Shown piece by piece: positions 28,501 to 42,268 of a DNA stretch of 64,000 bases. Made by a program: the position numbers and the translations under genes. The notes under the pieces are model-generated. The model did not search any database, was not told the origin of the DNA, and worked only from the letters and a program-made list of their open reading frames with translations. The DNA comes from Podarcis filfolensis (Eukaryota): assembly GCA_964270895.1 (NCBI GenBank), contig OZ185436.1; one strand, given 5' to 3'. The first letter of the stretch is position 1. Each line of letters begins with the position of its first letter.

Positions 28501-29964
28501 ATCTTTTGTGTGTGTGTGTTTTAAATAAAGCCTGGCTTACTGCCACTCCAAACAAAATAAAAACCAGCAAGAAGGTTTCCTTCTCACATATTGTCAGAGC
28601 TATCTTTTTTGTAATAAGTTTTTATTGAAGAATTTTGAACTGTATAATACAAGCAACGGAACACACAAGCACAAAACAACAAAGCAAGCAGCAAAGGAGA
28701 TTAAAAGAACAAAATAATGGGTCACAGTTTCTTATATATCTTGAGTAAAGGTGGAAAGGGGAGGAAGAAAAGGCTAGGTGGAAGGTGAGGCAATGGCCTG
28801 GGGTCACTGTTATATCGAGTCTTTCCAGAAGACCATCTGGGTAGCAGATGGGAGGAATTCCTCCACTGAATCGTTTATAAATGAGAGGGAGGGAAATTGG
28901 GTGACAGCAAAAGCATCAGGCTTTGCCTGGTCCATACTCAAGACAATTTGTGCGAATAAACTTTTCTGATAAATCTATTTGCCACATGCACTAGCACCAT
29001 GATTCAAGCATAAAATCAGGCCTTTTCCATCCCCCCAATAGCCATGCAAGCAGCTGTCAGGAGGAAAGTCAAAATGTCTCTATGGAGCAGCCTTGGGCCG
29101 GTAAATGGACAGCAAGAGCAAGTACAGGAGATTTAGGGACAGTTTGCTTAGTTATTAAGGATAGGTGATTAAATATTTTGTCCCCAAATCAATTGGGGAA
29201 AAGCCACCACATGTGTACTCTGATCTGTGCTGTGAAAGAACGCTGCCCTGAGACTGTAGAGCCCATTTCTCCGAATGCAGAAAATCTGGGGGCAGCAGGG
29301 ATCAATGTTCAAATGTATCCAAGGACCATGCTTTCCAGAAGCTTAAGCACATAAAACAACATTGGATATAAGTGTGTGTGTATTCATTAGAACTCGGTAT
29401 ATGTTGGCTCACTAATGACCACCTGCAATGGCAACCATTCTGGTAGGCTCGATTGCTTTGTACCTTTCAGAGATGTGGGAAGAGGAAAGGAGAACGCTGC
29501 ATGGAAATGAACTTCAGCAGCTGATGTGATCCTGCTCCTCTTCCTCAAAGCAGCTCTAAGAACTTGGTAACTAACCAGCAGGACAGATTTATATACTTGT
29601 GCTTGCATGCACAAGGAATGGAGGAATGGAAAGAGCCAGTCCATTGGATTTGGGTGGTGACAAATGGCGCTGCCAAATTCCAGCAGCATGAAGTCAACCC
29701 TTCCTTTATCCAGCTTGGAATGCAATTTATCTATTCCAGGAGCTCAGTGCACAGAGATATTTTTGAAGGAGAGAGGTTTTTTAGGGTTTTTTAAAGCACC
29801 ACATGGGCTCCCGGTGTCTCCTACACACAGCTTGAGGTGTATTTCCAGACCAGACCACACAGCACCACATTCTCAAAAACTTGCGCACCTTTGCTTGAAA
29901 CACTACATGGAGCCTTCTCTTGGTCATGGCTATATAGGAACTCTACATTTAAGGCTAAGGCTAA

Positions 29965-30165
29965 GGCTACATCTGCACCATACATTTAAAGCACTACGAT
30001 AACACTTTAACAGTCATGGCTTCCCCCAAAGAATCCTGGGTAGTGCCGTTTATTAAAGATGCTGAGAGCTGAGACCCCCTGTTCCCCTCGCAGAGCTACA
30101 ACTCCCAGAGATCCCTGGCTGAAGGTTAAGTTCTGTGAAGGGAACAGGGATCTCCTAAAAACTCT
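29965..30165. mobile_element. PIF/Harbinger-type MITE, truncated palindrome
   Basis: Starts ggctacatctgcaccatacatttaaagcac. Internal inverted arms ctgttcccctcgcagagctac / ttctgtgaagggaacagg. Superfamily assignment is from memory. Confidence 0.55.
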
Positions 30166-30214
30166 AGAATATAAATTCAATAATTATTATCTTTATTGTA
30201 CTGTCACAGACCCA

Positions 30215-30385
30215 GTAAAGATACTAATATACGAGGTTGCCTGAGTCAAGTCATTGGTCTATCTATCTCAGAACTGTCTGACCAGCAGCAGCTCCTCCGG
30301 GTTTCAGGCAGGGCTTCTTCTCAGTCATACCTGGAGATGCTGCGAATTGAACACGGGACCTTTCTCATGCAAAGCATGATCCACA
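30215..30385 (-). mobile_element. tRNA-derived SINE (squamate)
   Basis: Reversed B-box-like gaattgaacacgggacc followed by catgcaaagcatg; body cctggagatgc...tttcaggcaggg. Confidence 0.65.
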
Positions 30386-31907
30386 ACCCTTGCTTAAAGA
30401 GTAGGCTATTGCAGAATTTTGAGGCTTCTGCAGAAGAGCTGCAAAAATAAAAAAGCTTCTGGCTACAGAATCCCTTGGTGTTGGAAAGGAGCCAAACCCC
30501 ATCCCAAGCTTCAGGCAGCCTCTACAGCTGAGAGTCTGTGGCAGAGGCAGCAGTATATTAGGAATGGGTTCCTTCCATTTCTAGCCTTTCTCCCAACAAA
30601 CTCATGTATTCCATGACTTCACCACCTGAGCTCTCCTAAATTATTCCCTCACCTGGCCCCTGCCAAATCCCAAAGTCATGCAAGAGCTGTAGCTAGAATT
30701 AAGTAAACATTGTAGTCTATAGGACTAACTTAACACAATGGCGATTAGACAGTACACCGAAACAAGGATATACAGAGCTGGGTTTTAAGAAAAAATGTTT
30801 AAACAGCAACAAAGCACTGTTCTCCTTACATCCTTGCAAAGTGATATATGCTCTACAGTAGCGATATACGTTTATAGATATGGGACGTCCCTAGACAGAG
30901 GCAAAGCACGAAGTGCATGTAAGCGATAACATAAATCACCTCTCAGTGGCCGATCACTTGCAGTCTCTGCATAGCTCTCAACTTGCTTGGAAACAATTCA
31001 AGCTTTCTTTATCTTAATGAGGGATTGGTATCCCATGAAAAACAGCTCTGCGCCACAATGACTTGCTGAGTGAAAGTCTGGCAAGATCCCAGTGAAACAT
31101 CACTTTTGACTGACAAACAGGTCTATGTAACTGTCATTAACCTGGGTTTCCTTCTGGAGTGTGGGTAAACTATAGCTCCCCTGACACATGGGCCACAGCA
31201 GTGCCAGGCAATGGCAGCCATAATTCATCCATGGTGCAGCAGCTCGTAACTCGGGGCTAGGCAGGGCCTGCAGGTTTTACCTCCACGGAATGTACCTGAA
31301 TCTGTTTGTGCCTACTGATTTTTCTCCAGCAGACAAGACCAAAGGAAGAAATGAGCTACATACTAATGAGCTGTAATGGGCGGGGAGGGAACCTTGCACC
31401 AACTTAATGCAGCTGCAGCCATGCCACCTCCACTGAGATCCTGGGAAATACTGTAATTCAGTGCCACAACAATTCTGGTTGAACAATGACAATTGCAGTT
31501 TTTTTTGTTTCCCTTCCATGTAGGGAATTCAATTGTTTACGCTGTTCCATCATCCTTCAGCAGTTCAGTCCCTCCTTCTATCAGCACCTCCCTAAAACCA
31601 TTAACCCACCTCTGCACCAAACTGGTTTATCATGAAGGGGGGAAAGGGTTGGGGATATCAGGAAAGTGAGTGGAACAGTGCATCAGAGTGACTTCTAAAC
31701 ACATCCAAGTTCTCTAAATGTTATCTAGAAGTTCACGTGGTGATAGCAAAGAATAGAAAGACTGGTAACAATTGTTAGCTTAGTTTTGCAGAAAATTGGG
31801 GTATACCAAATGTGGAACCAGCCCTCCCAAACCTTGGTGTTCCCGATTCCCAAGGCACAAGCAATGGTTCTTACAAATCAAGCACCCAAATCTTTTCCCC
31901 AGCCTCA

Positions 31908-32114
<207 letters not shown>

Positions 32115-32557
32115 TCAAACCATGAAAGGCAGGAACCTCAAAGCAAAGAGGAAGGTAGCCAGAACACGGGGGTTGCCATGACAAAATCTAAAGATAGTCC
32201 TGGCAACAGCCAATCCCACTTTGCCCCCACAGAGCTCATTAGAGTAAAACCTGGACTCCTGCTGGCCACAGCAATAAAAATACAGCTACAGAAAAAGAGT
32301 TGACCCAACCTCCATCAGCAAATCTCCAGAGACTGCTCCCCAGAATCATCTTCTGGCCCTTGCTCCACATTTCTAAAGAGTTCAAGGATCTGTATTTTCA
32401 TTGAGTTTAATGGAATTCACAAAGCTTCCCAGTTAACATTTTGTAGGAGAGCAATAGCTGGGAAAGGCAAGAAAACTCTGAACTATTTTTAAATACTTTT
32501 GTATATCAGTGAATAATCTCAGCTGTAAAGTACTCTGTAACAGCCATACATAATTGA

Positions 32558-32680
32558 ACATAGAATCACAGAACTGTAGAGTTGGAAGGGATCCCAAAGG
32601 TGACCTACTCCAACCCCCTGCAATGCAAGAATCTCAGCTAAAGCATCCATGACAGAGCTCACACTGACCAACTCCAAAAC
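32558..32680 (-). mobile_element. CR1 LINE 3'-end fragment
   Basis: catagaatcacagaa...gttggaagggatccc...tccaaccccctgcaatgc; similar to the 5507 copy. Confidence 0.7.
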
Positions 32681-33855
32681 CAGGTGGTAGACATTGCCTC
32701 CCCTTAAAAAGGAAAAGAGGAACATATAGTATTTCCAAAATTGGGGCAGGGGGGAAGAGCAACTGGCCCAGCTTATTCCCCACCAAGGAAGACAGCCTCC
32801 AGAAGCTTAAATGATGCTTAGACAATGCTGCCAAGCATCATTGCAATCTCTGGTCTGGTCTAGTAGTGAGCTGAGTTGCCTCTTGTCATTGATTATACCC
32901 CAATTGAAATATTAAGATGGGTTTTGTTTGTTTTCTTGCAATAGGTTGTGGAAGGGAGGTCTACATCCAATTTCAGCTTCGACTCACATGAATGAGTCTA
33001 GAATATGTTGCAATTTTTTTCCAACAGGGTTTTTGTTTTATTCTTTACATCTCTAACCTGCAATTCAAATGCCTGTCCCATCCACAGCAGTCATGGGTTT
33101 CTATTACAGCAAAATATGGGGAGAGCAATTTATATAAATTCCACTGCATGTGAGAGAGTGTGATCAATGAAAAGCTTCTTCCTCCTCTTTAGTATTGTGA
33201 GAAAGGTGGGATAAAAAGAGCCCAACATTTATCTGTATCTGAGAGGCTTGGTTTTATTGCACTTGTTTCTCACTTATCATTTCTAGCACACCATAATACT
33301 TGACAGGACAGAGATATGCTAAGAAAGAGCTAAGGAGTCTCGCTTCCCTCCGTCTGAGTGTGGGACCATGTTAAACAGATCAATGTAGTGACATCATGAG
33401 GATCTGCAGCAGTGTATATTGGAATACTGACATTTAATGGAAAACTAAAACTCTTGCGATTCTGGGGTTTGCCAAGTTCCCAATGTCTGCATGAGTTGGA
33501 GAAACCGCTGAATATAACAAAAAATGAATTATTCATATGTCAATATATCAGTGGATATATTGCAAAGAAACAGGGCGTCATACTAGCTTCCCATTGATGT
33601 GCTATTATATACTGACAATATAAGATTTGGATTTTATATTTATACATACTACTCCAGACTGCAGATGCTTAGTAATTGCATTTAACTGCAAGTGAACCTT
33701 CTTGCATTTCCAGAATGTATGTTCTCATTATATGATCATTGTGTTGCTTTTTGTCCATGACTAAAGACATTGTCATCTAGGAAGGAAGAGTTCCAGTCTA
33801 AAGCACATCACATGGCAAACTGGGGGACGGCAGAAAGGAAGGAAGTTTCAATATA

Positions 33856-33987
33856 NNNNNNNNNNNNNNNNNNNNNNNNNNNNNNNNNNNNNNNNNNNNN
33901 NNNNNNNNNNNNNNNNNNNNNNNNNNNNNNNNNNNNNNNNNNNNNNNNNNNNNNNNNNNNNNNNNNNNNNNNNNNNNNNNNNNNNNN
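33856..33987. other. Assembly gap (132 N)
   Basis: Run of N in intron ~22. Confidence 0.99.
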
Positions 33988-34652
33988 AGGAGCCCAGAAT
34001 GAGGAGATCAAGGCCAAGGCCAAAGGGAGAGCTGGGAAGAAGATACGACTGAAACCGTAGAGAGTTGTAGGCAGACAGAGAGAGCTGCTGGTGGAGGCTC
34101 AGGGCTTGATCACCAGAGACATGAGCAGATTAGTATACAGAGACAGGGCTGTAAGAATTGAGTCTGTGTTGACTGCCTTCACTATTCATCAGCTCATACC
34201 GATGAAAACATTGCTCTGATACAAAAATTAAGATTCACCTTAACATACTTATCAAACAATATTTAAAACTATGCACATTTCTTCCTTAAAATGGAGAAAA
34301 ATATGCAGGTGGCTCTGATTGAAATTCTTTATTTATGCCTTTTTGGCTGCTCCATCTATTAATCATCAGATCAGTTATTTCGTATTCAAATGCTCACAAA
34401 AGTACAAGCGACGCTAATGACCTCAAGGAGGAAACTGCCTCCTCATTGCTATAAGGGAGCAGAAGGGAGGGGCTATGGGGTGTTATTGAAAATAGCAAAA
34501 CCAAAACAATCAAAATCCCACCAAAAGCTGCACAGATTTTGAGTGGAATTCCCATGAAACAATGGGAGTATCAGGCAGGAGGGAAGACTTAATTACTGCA
34601 GATTGCTTTGAGAGAAACCACCTTGCCTGTTGTTGATGCAGTCTAAAAAACC

Positions 34653-35035
34653 GGTAAAGGGACCCCTGACAGTCAAGTCCAGTCACGAATGACTCTGGGG
34701 TTGCGGCGCTCATCTCACTTTATTGGCCGAGGGAGCTGATGTTTGTCCGTTCCGCAGACAGTTTTTCCGGGTCATGTGGCGAGCATGACTAAGCCGCTTC
34801 TGGTGCAACGGAACACCGACACCAGAGCAGCGCACAGGAACGCTGTTTACCTGCCTGCCGCAGCGGTACCTATTTATCTACTTGCACTTTTGGGCGTGCT
34901 TTCGAACTGCTAGGTTGGCAGGAGCTGGGACTGGGCAACAGGAGCTCACCCCGTCACAGAGATTCGAAACACCGACCTTCTGATCGGCAAGCCCAAGAGG
35001 CTCAGTGGTTTAGACAACAGCGCCACCCGCGTCCC
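34653..35035 (-). mobile_element. Sauria SINE, full-length, lacertid-type
   Basis: The minus strand begins GGGACGCGGGTGGCGCTG..GTCTAAACCACTGAGCC (tRNA-like head with B-box GTTTCGAATC) and ends ACCCCAGAGTCATTCGTGACTGGAC..AGGGGTCCCTTTACC, the BovB-related Sauria tail. Confidence 0.88.
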
Positions 35036-35397
35036 TAAAATTTATTTTTTCTTATTTCTCACATAGTCGGCTCAAATATAATTGCTGCCGATTTTCACCT
35101 TCTGCTCTGATTAAATGGAGAGTTTCCCTGATTTTGTTTTCCTAGAAGAGCAGATCTGTGCTTGCACGAGGAAGCACATTATCAATGCCCATAAACCTTT
35201 TCTTTCACTTTCCCATAAAAACTGAGGCCTGCACAACTTGTGACCCAACAAGCTAAATGCAGTCCATTACCCAGTTAATCTCCTGCTGCTGCAGCCTGCC
35301 TTCGGCAGCAGGCTGTGTTCTGGTTGATGGATCAAACAGTGTGTGGGTCTGCCTTATGTTCTGAAAGTGACAACCCTATAGGAACAAGTGTGCTATA

Positions 35398-36783
35398 ATG
35401 GCGTTTATTGACTTGACTAAGGCTTTTGACACTGTAAATCGTAATGCCCTGTGGACTGTCTTTCTGAAAATTCGCTACCCAGAAAAATTTGTAAACATCA
35501 TTCGGCTCCTCCATGAAAATATGACAGCAACAATCACATATAACAATGGCTCTCAAAGTGAACCATTCACAGTGGGCTCAGGTGTTAAATAGGGTTGTGT
35601 TATTGCCCCAACTCTATTCATTATTTTCATTGCCATGATCCTACACTTTGTTGAAGGGAAACTCCCCACCAGAGTAGAAATCATATATCGAACAGATGGA
35701 AAGCTCTTCAATCTGAGCAGGCTGAAAGCAAAGAGTAAGGTTACAGTAACTTCCATCACAGAGCTTCGGTATGCTGATGACAACGTAGTGTGCGCACGCT
35801 CAGAGGATAACCTCCAGACCATCCTAAATATCTTTGCAGAAGCTTACGAAAAGCTTGGCCTATCACTCAACATCCAAAAAACCAAAGTGCTGCACCAACA
35901 AGTACAAAATAACCCCTCTGCAGCACCACAAATCCAACTCAATGGTGTAACATTGGAAAATGTCAACCACTTCTCCTACCTAGGCAGTTATCTTTCCACA
36001 AGGGCCAACATTGATGCCGAAATCCTGCATCGCCTGAGCTCTGCTAGTGCAGCTTTCTCCCGATTGAAGTGCAGAGTGTTTGTGGACCAGGGCATTTGCA
36101 GGGAAAGCAAAATGCTTGTTTACAAAGCTATTGTACTACCAACCTTACTATCTGCTTGTGAAACATGGACCACTTATAAATGCCATCTCCAACTCCTCGA
36201 AAGATTCCATCAACAGTGTCTCCAAAAAATTTTACACATCACTTGGGAAGACAGGTGAACTAATGTCAGTGTATTGGATGAAGCAAAGATCACCAGTGTT
36301 GAAGTAATGATTCTTCAACATCAACTTTGTTGGACTGGTCATGTTGTGCGGATGCCAGATGATTGTCTTCCAAAGCAACTACTCTATTCTGAACTTAAAA
36401 ATGGAAAGCGTAATGCTGGTGATCAACAAAAGAGGTTTAAAGACTGTCTCAAGGCAAATCTAAAAAAAATGTAGTATAAACACTGACAACTGTGAAACAC
36501 TGGCCTACGAGCGCTCCAGTTGGAGAACAGCCTTTACCAAAGGTGTCATGGGCTTTGAAGACACTCAAACTCAGGATGCAAAGGAGAAACATGCTAGGAG
36601 GAAGGCACGCTTGGCAAATCCACACTGTGATCAACTCCCACCTGGAAACCAATGTCCCCACTGTGGAAGGACGTGTGGGTCCAGAATTGGCCTCCAGTCA
36701 CTTACGGACTCATTGTTAAAACCGTGTCTATGGAAGACAATCTTACTCGGCTACGAGTGATCGCAAAGAAGAAAAGAAAAAAG
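35398..36783 (+). mobile_element. RTE-clade LINE, 5'-truncated, inactivated
   Basis: RT motifs AFIDLTKAFD, GVK*GCV and YADD; C-terminal CPHCGRTCGSRIGL; A/G-rich tail. In-frame stops at 35590 and 36256 and a late frameshift. Confidence 0.92.
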
Positions 36784-36840
36784 ATGGTTAAAGTATTGAA
36801 CTAGGATCCGGAAGATCTAAGTTCAAATTCCTGCTCAGTT
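36784..36840 (+). mobile_element. 3' part of an old tRNA-SINE head split by the RTE (5' part about 35385-35401)
   Basis: Joining agtgtgctataATGG to ATGGttaaagtattgaactaggatcc..aagttcaaattcc rebuilds an A-box/B-box head like the one at 8170. Confidence 0.6.
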
Positions 36841-39149
36841 CACTGCGCATTTGAAAATTCCCTCCGTTTTTAGATAGATTTCGCTATATCCACCACGACT
36901 AGACTCGCAATAAGAGCTAATTCACACACTATATTCTCTTAAGTCACCAACCTTTGGCTCCTGAGCTCATTTACCTAACAAGGGTATTACAGACCCTCTC
37001 AGTTTTACACTGCACGTGGCAGTTCTGTTTGCCACAGGTACACCAACATGACATGTAAAGCACATTTTCAAACATGCAGGAATATGCAGTGGGGAGATGC
37101 TGGCAAAGGAACTCATCTCAGGCACATGTTCATTGCCTGCATACAGATATGCATCTTCCCTTCATGTGCTAATGGTGTCTAGTGCAAAAACAAGTATATA
37201 CACAGCATGTGCAACTTCTCTGTAAAGTGTGAATTGGACCTAATCCTAGGCTGAACACTCTGAAAGGATATTCATTTGTGTCTTTGGCACCACACTGTTC
37301 CAAATGGCCCATGATCAGATAAGGAATCTTAAATATATTTTCTTAATATGCTGTTATTCTAAATATTGGCTTTCATTAGGAACAACTTTTCAAGGACTGG
37401 ATTGCTAAAGGACAAAGAAGGGGAAGCACAGCGACAGACACCGTGGTGTATGTTTAATAATTGCACTGGTTCTGCAGCTGGTGTTTCTTTCAATATTCAT
37501 TGGCCTGTGATACAGGAGACCTATCTAGCTACCATTTAAAAATTGATGGAGCAGAGCAGATGCAGAGTGGAGCTGGAACGCTGCCCCTGGCTCACACTCT
37601 TCCCTCACCTGTTTTGAGGCTCTTTGCTTAAGAAAATCTGCTGGGCTCTGACATTAACCCATCCCAACAATCACCTGGGAGGAGTGGTGTGGATCTGCCC
37701 TGAAGAAATGATTGGAAGGTAACGACAAGGGAAGGTAGAGCCCAATGCAAAAGCGAATAGGAAGAGAACACCTCTCTCTTGGACCCACGAGCAAAGAAGC
37801 CTGCTCCTGATGCCATCCATTCAAAACATCAGATAGTGTTTAAGGGGCAACAGGAGAAGGCCCATAGTCATTTTGGAAGTAGGGTGAAAGAATTTGCTAT
37901 TAACAACCTCAGGACCATCCAGGAGCATTTACGAGATTTGTAAAATGCAGGGTTTGTGGGACAGACTGCTGGTTGAGATGCAAGAATACAGGCAATGACT
38001 TGCTGCGGTCGGCAGCCAAGGATGCAAGGATACTGCCAGTGAGAGTGGAAGTAATGCAGGGTGCAGAGAGAAGTGGCAAAAATCTACATTAAACCTTCAG
38101 TGATAAGTAGTTTTAATTAATGAAACAGCTGCCATTTCTAGCACTCGGATTTTAAAATGATGCCAGCTCTCACAGAGTGAGACTGTTCTTAAGCTAAAAC
38201 ACAGAAATAGGACATCTACTGAGTTCTGAAACAAACAAATTCTCTCTACTATGCATCTAATTCCAAGGCAGGAGGCTGTTCCCCCCAATGGTTTGATTAT
38301 CTGACTCACAAAATAAAGCTGTGTAGAAGAAACATTTAAAGGCAAAGACCCACCTCTGGTTTCTAAGCTCTTACCATGTGTTGCCCACACACCCTCAAGC
38401 CCATATCTGAAACCTTGATGGCTTCAATTTTCTTATTATTTTTTTAAAGACAGAAGGGAGAGGGGGAAGATTCTTGGGTTATTGAATTTTCCACCTAATA
38501 ACAATTTATTTCCTTGCAAGGTCTGAGCACAGAATCGTAAAATATGCATAGACCTGTTTACAGAGTAAGATCCAAACTACTTTAGCACTGACTCCCTTAT
38601 CAAATTATTTGCAAGCTCCTTGACACGGGCAAGGCACTTATCTTCCTCTGTCCACTGAACTCCTCTAAGCTGCTCTGCAGCAGAAAATAATGACTATTTC
38701 TTTGCCACATGACACAGGAGTAATATTGTGAGTTCAAGAAATTTAAAATACTAGTAGTCTACAGTAAAGGTAGGCTTGTTGAATCTACTTTTGTTTCTCC
38801 CCCAGAACCTCAATATCTACCAGCCGGGGCCAGATGCAAAAGACGTACATAAGAATGAAAGACCAGGGTGCCTCTGAGCCATTGAATTTACTATTGGTAG
38901 CAGAATTGAACCAAGTTCAGCTTTTTTCCACATAAAAGTCCACTTCTGCTTAATTTTAATTCATTTCAGCAACCAAATTTAGGTGGGAAAATTCCTTTTG
39001 TTGCTGCTACTGTTAAAAAACCAGGAGTCAGAAATCCATGTTGATGTACCGCATCTCACTCAGAGATCTAGCAGGAGGTCTTCCTTCTGCCCTCCCTGGT
39101 CTATAGAACTACATCTCATGATAGCCTGCGAGGGCTCATCATCCTATAT

Positions 39150-39276
39150 CATCCTTTGCCAACCTGCTTCTCCTAGATGTTTTGGATGACCACTCATATC
39201 AGCCTCAGCAAACATGGCTAGGCCTGAGGGGAGTTGTCGTCGAAACATGTGGAAGGTACAAGGGTGGCAAAGGCTA
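39150..39276. mobile_element. hAT-type palindromic MITE
   Basis: Arms cctttgccaacc / ggtggcaaagg; 8-bp flanks tcctatat/tcttacat match at 6/8. Confidence 0.72.
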
Positions 39277-39447
39277 TCTTACATTATATTAGAATATAAT
39301 ATGTAAAGGGTGAAGTATGAAAAGGGCAAGTCTGTGAGTCATTCACATTCCCGCTGCCCTCCTCCAGGTCAAGTTCTGTATAACACCAAAGCTTGCCTCA
39401 GCAAAAACTCACAAAGACACTTGAACACGTTCCGAGAGAAATGCTCA

Positions 39448-39750
<303 letters not shown>

Positions 39751-40212
39751 TTAAGAGTTCCTTTGACTCGGTATTTCAAAAGGCCACGAACAGGGACCTC
39801 AGGGTCACGAGTACTTAGCAAAACAGATAAAACCTGCTGTCCCAACAGTCAGTGGACTTTAGCAGCAACCAGGAAAATTCACTTTAAAAGTGAGAACTGT
39901 CTTCTCTGTCCTCCCACATTCTAATTATTGAGAATTGCCGTTTGGGGAGAGTTTCTTTCCAGCCATCACCATTTAGTGATGATTTAGAGGATAAAGCAAT
40001 AATGTGCAAGTCCTTTCAAAAGTCTGTTGCATCCCGTATCCATCCTGTACAACTGCTTTGACCAATAATCGCCATTCTGGATGCTTCCAAGGCAATGGGG
40101 TTGTCTCCCACTCCACCTTGCCATATAAAAGTAATTCTTTGGCTTCTGCACTCTGTGGATCTAATGTCAAACACGTACATATCAACCAATTTTCGACTGA
40201 CTTGCATCAAAT

Positions 40213-40244
<32 letters not shown>

Positions 40245-41039
40245 GAATGATACTTTATTTTTCTCCCTTTTACAGTGCTTGCAAACCTACTATGTAAGAT
40301 ACATAGAGAATATCTCCATGGGAGGATGAGTATATATAATACATACTCTTTTCCATCCTGTGCACACACGAGTCTCATTGGTTTTATTATAAGAAACAGA
40401 GAATTCAGTTGGGCATCCTTTTTTTTTCCCATAAGAAAAGTTGCCAAAATGCTGGGCTTGGCTGGAGAGTAACAGCCAAATTCTTCCTGGATAGATCTGA
40501 GTGTACCAAGCTGTCCCCACAGGAAATTCTGATCTTTTGCACTTTCTGCATATGGTCTTAAATGTTACCGTCTGTCCCTGAGATTAGTGATGCCATTTGA
40601 AGCATGCCTGGTTTTGTTTTGAGTGGCGTTTTTTAAAAAAAAAAATAATAATAATAATCAGGAAAGGGCATTTCCTCCTCTCCCACATATATTCTGCTCC
40701 TGCAGCTGCTGAGTTGTCCTCAGATTTGCTGGTCAGAGCACCTCTACATCCCAAAGTGGATCTCAGTGCCTCCCTAGCCATAAAGCAGATAATTAATGAC
40801 TAAATCTGATCAGGGCATCTGGTCTACAGAGATTGCTTAGGTGCTTTAGTGCCCCATACTCAGGAAACAAGTAACTCTATTTCTTCGTTAACAATATCCT
40901 CTGTCTTGAATCTCCATCTACAGATCCCCGCCCCCCAAGAAGTCCAGGACAAAACTAAAATGGACCCTTATTTAAAGTCAGACTGTTAGCTTCTCTGGGC
41001 AGAGACTTTTCTTTTGCTTATGTCACTTTGTAAAGCTGG

Positions 41040-41165
41040 AGTTTGGAACCTGTGGTCCTATATATGTTGTTGGGCTAGGCTCCCATCATTCTTGCTCACT
41101 GGTCATGTTGCCTAGGGCTGCTGGGAGCTAAAGTCCAATGGTACCTCTAGGTTGATCAATCCTCC
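41040..41165. mobile_element. Degenerate hAT-type palindromic MITE
   Basis: ggaacctgtggtcct...ctcccatcattc...gggagctaaagtcc; same core as 50793 and 56420. Confidence 0.45.
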
Positions 41166-42241
41166 TTTAAGGTCTTGTGTACAGGTGGTGATATATGATA
41201 ATGATAAAAGTAGAAGAATCTGCATTGATGAGGTTAGTTAACGCTAGATCTGAGAGTATCACAGGAAGTATTCCTGCATTTGGGTAGTCTTGCATACTGT
41301 GCAGGGGGAGGGAAATGGGGAGAAGAAGAGCAAACAGAATGGTCAATGCTGCAGGATATGTTTTAAGATCTTCTTTTTTTTTTTTTAAGTATGCACATAT
41401 TGGAATTATCGTCTCCAATCAATGGCTCTCACCAGCAGCTACTGAAGGTTGTCATTGAAAACTAAATGCTCACAGTTTGAAACATGGGTTTTTTCCTTGC
41501 TTCCTAATGTCTAGAAAAAAAACACATGTCAACATAAGCCCAGCAGGCAATAATTGGATAATCTGCAGGTCAATTCAGAAGGAGGAGGAATTTCAGACAC
41601 ACAAGCCAGCCATATTTCTAGAGACACCCCCAGCACCAGATTTTACAGAAGTGAAGATTCAGAAGCCAAATGTATATTCCTAAAATCCCCTCACCTTCTG
41701 AACGTCCAAACTACCTCCCATAGCCTACCTCCAAAGGACACTCAGACATATGTAACTAAAGCCCAACAGCTATGCCTGGTTATACTGTTTCTTCTCTCCA
41801 CTTCACTCCATTCCAAGTTTTCCCACAAAGTGACTTCCTTCTCACCCCTCCAGAGTTCTTTATGTTTAAGAACAAAGAGATGGGAGAGAGGAGTAGCTGT
41901 TGGGGGGGAGAAGGCACAAGTGTCTTTCAACCAGCACTGCTTTGGCTCTTACTAGCCAGGATCTGAGTGTGCAGGGCTGCCTAATGCTCCATTCGTGGTA
42001 GATTTCACAGACGGTTTTGTGCAAGGCCACTGCCCTGTACTTTCAGTGATCAAAATAAAGCAAAGCCCTTCACTCTCCCAGAAGCCATGAAGGGAGGATC
42101 AGATGGCAGGTTCCTCCTAACTGGGCTGTGTGCTCAGCTTCTAAAGTCAGCGACACTTGATAAGCTCGGAAATTGGTCCTGTCCTACATAAGCGATCTTA
42201 TCAGAATTGCATGCTACAAATAGAGCAGGGTGGTGGTGACT

Positions 42242-42268
42242 GCAGCAGCAGCAGCAGCAGCAGCAGCA
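42242..42268. repeat. (GCA)9 microsatellite, read as (CUG)n in the pre-mRNA
   Basis: Read directly. Confidence 0.95.

Noticed and set aside
28615-28990. Sense-strand AATAAA (28626-28621) at the end of an L1/Tx1-like tail, as an intronic polyA site
   Set aside because: The element identity could not be supported by protein motifs, and a lone hexamer in an AT-rich tract is uninformative.
37609-37626. 18-nt in-frame pseudo-exon (ttttcttaag|CAAAGAGCCTCAAAACAG|gtgagg)
   Set aside because: Very short pyrimidine tract with competing upstream AGs, and it would split the conserved LLRRTE GAP motif.
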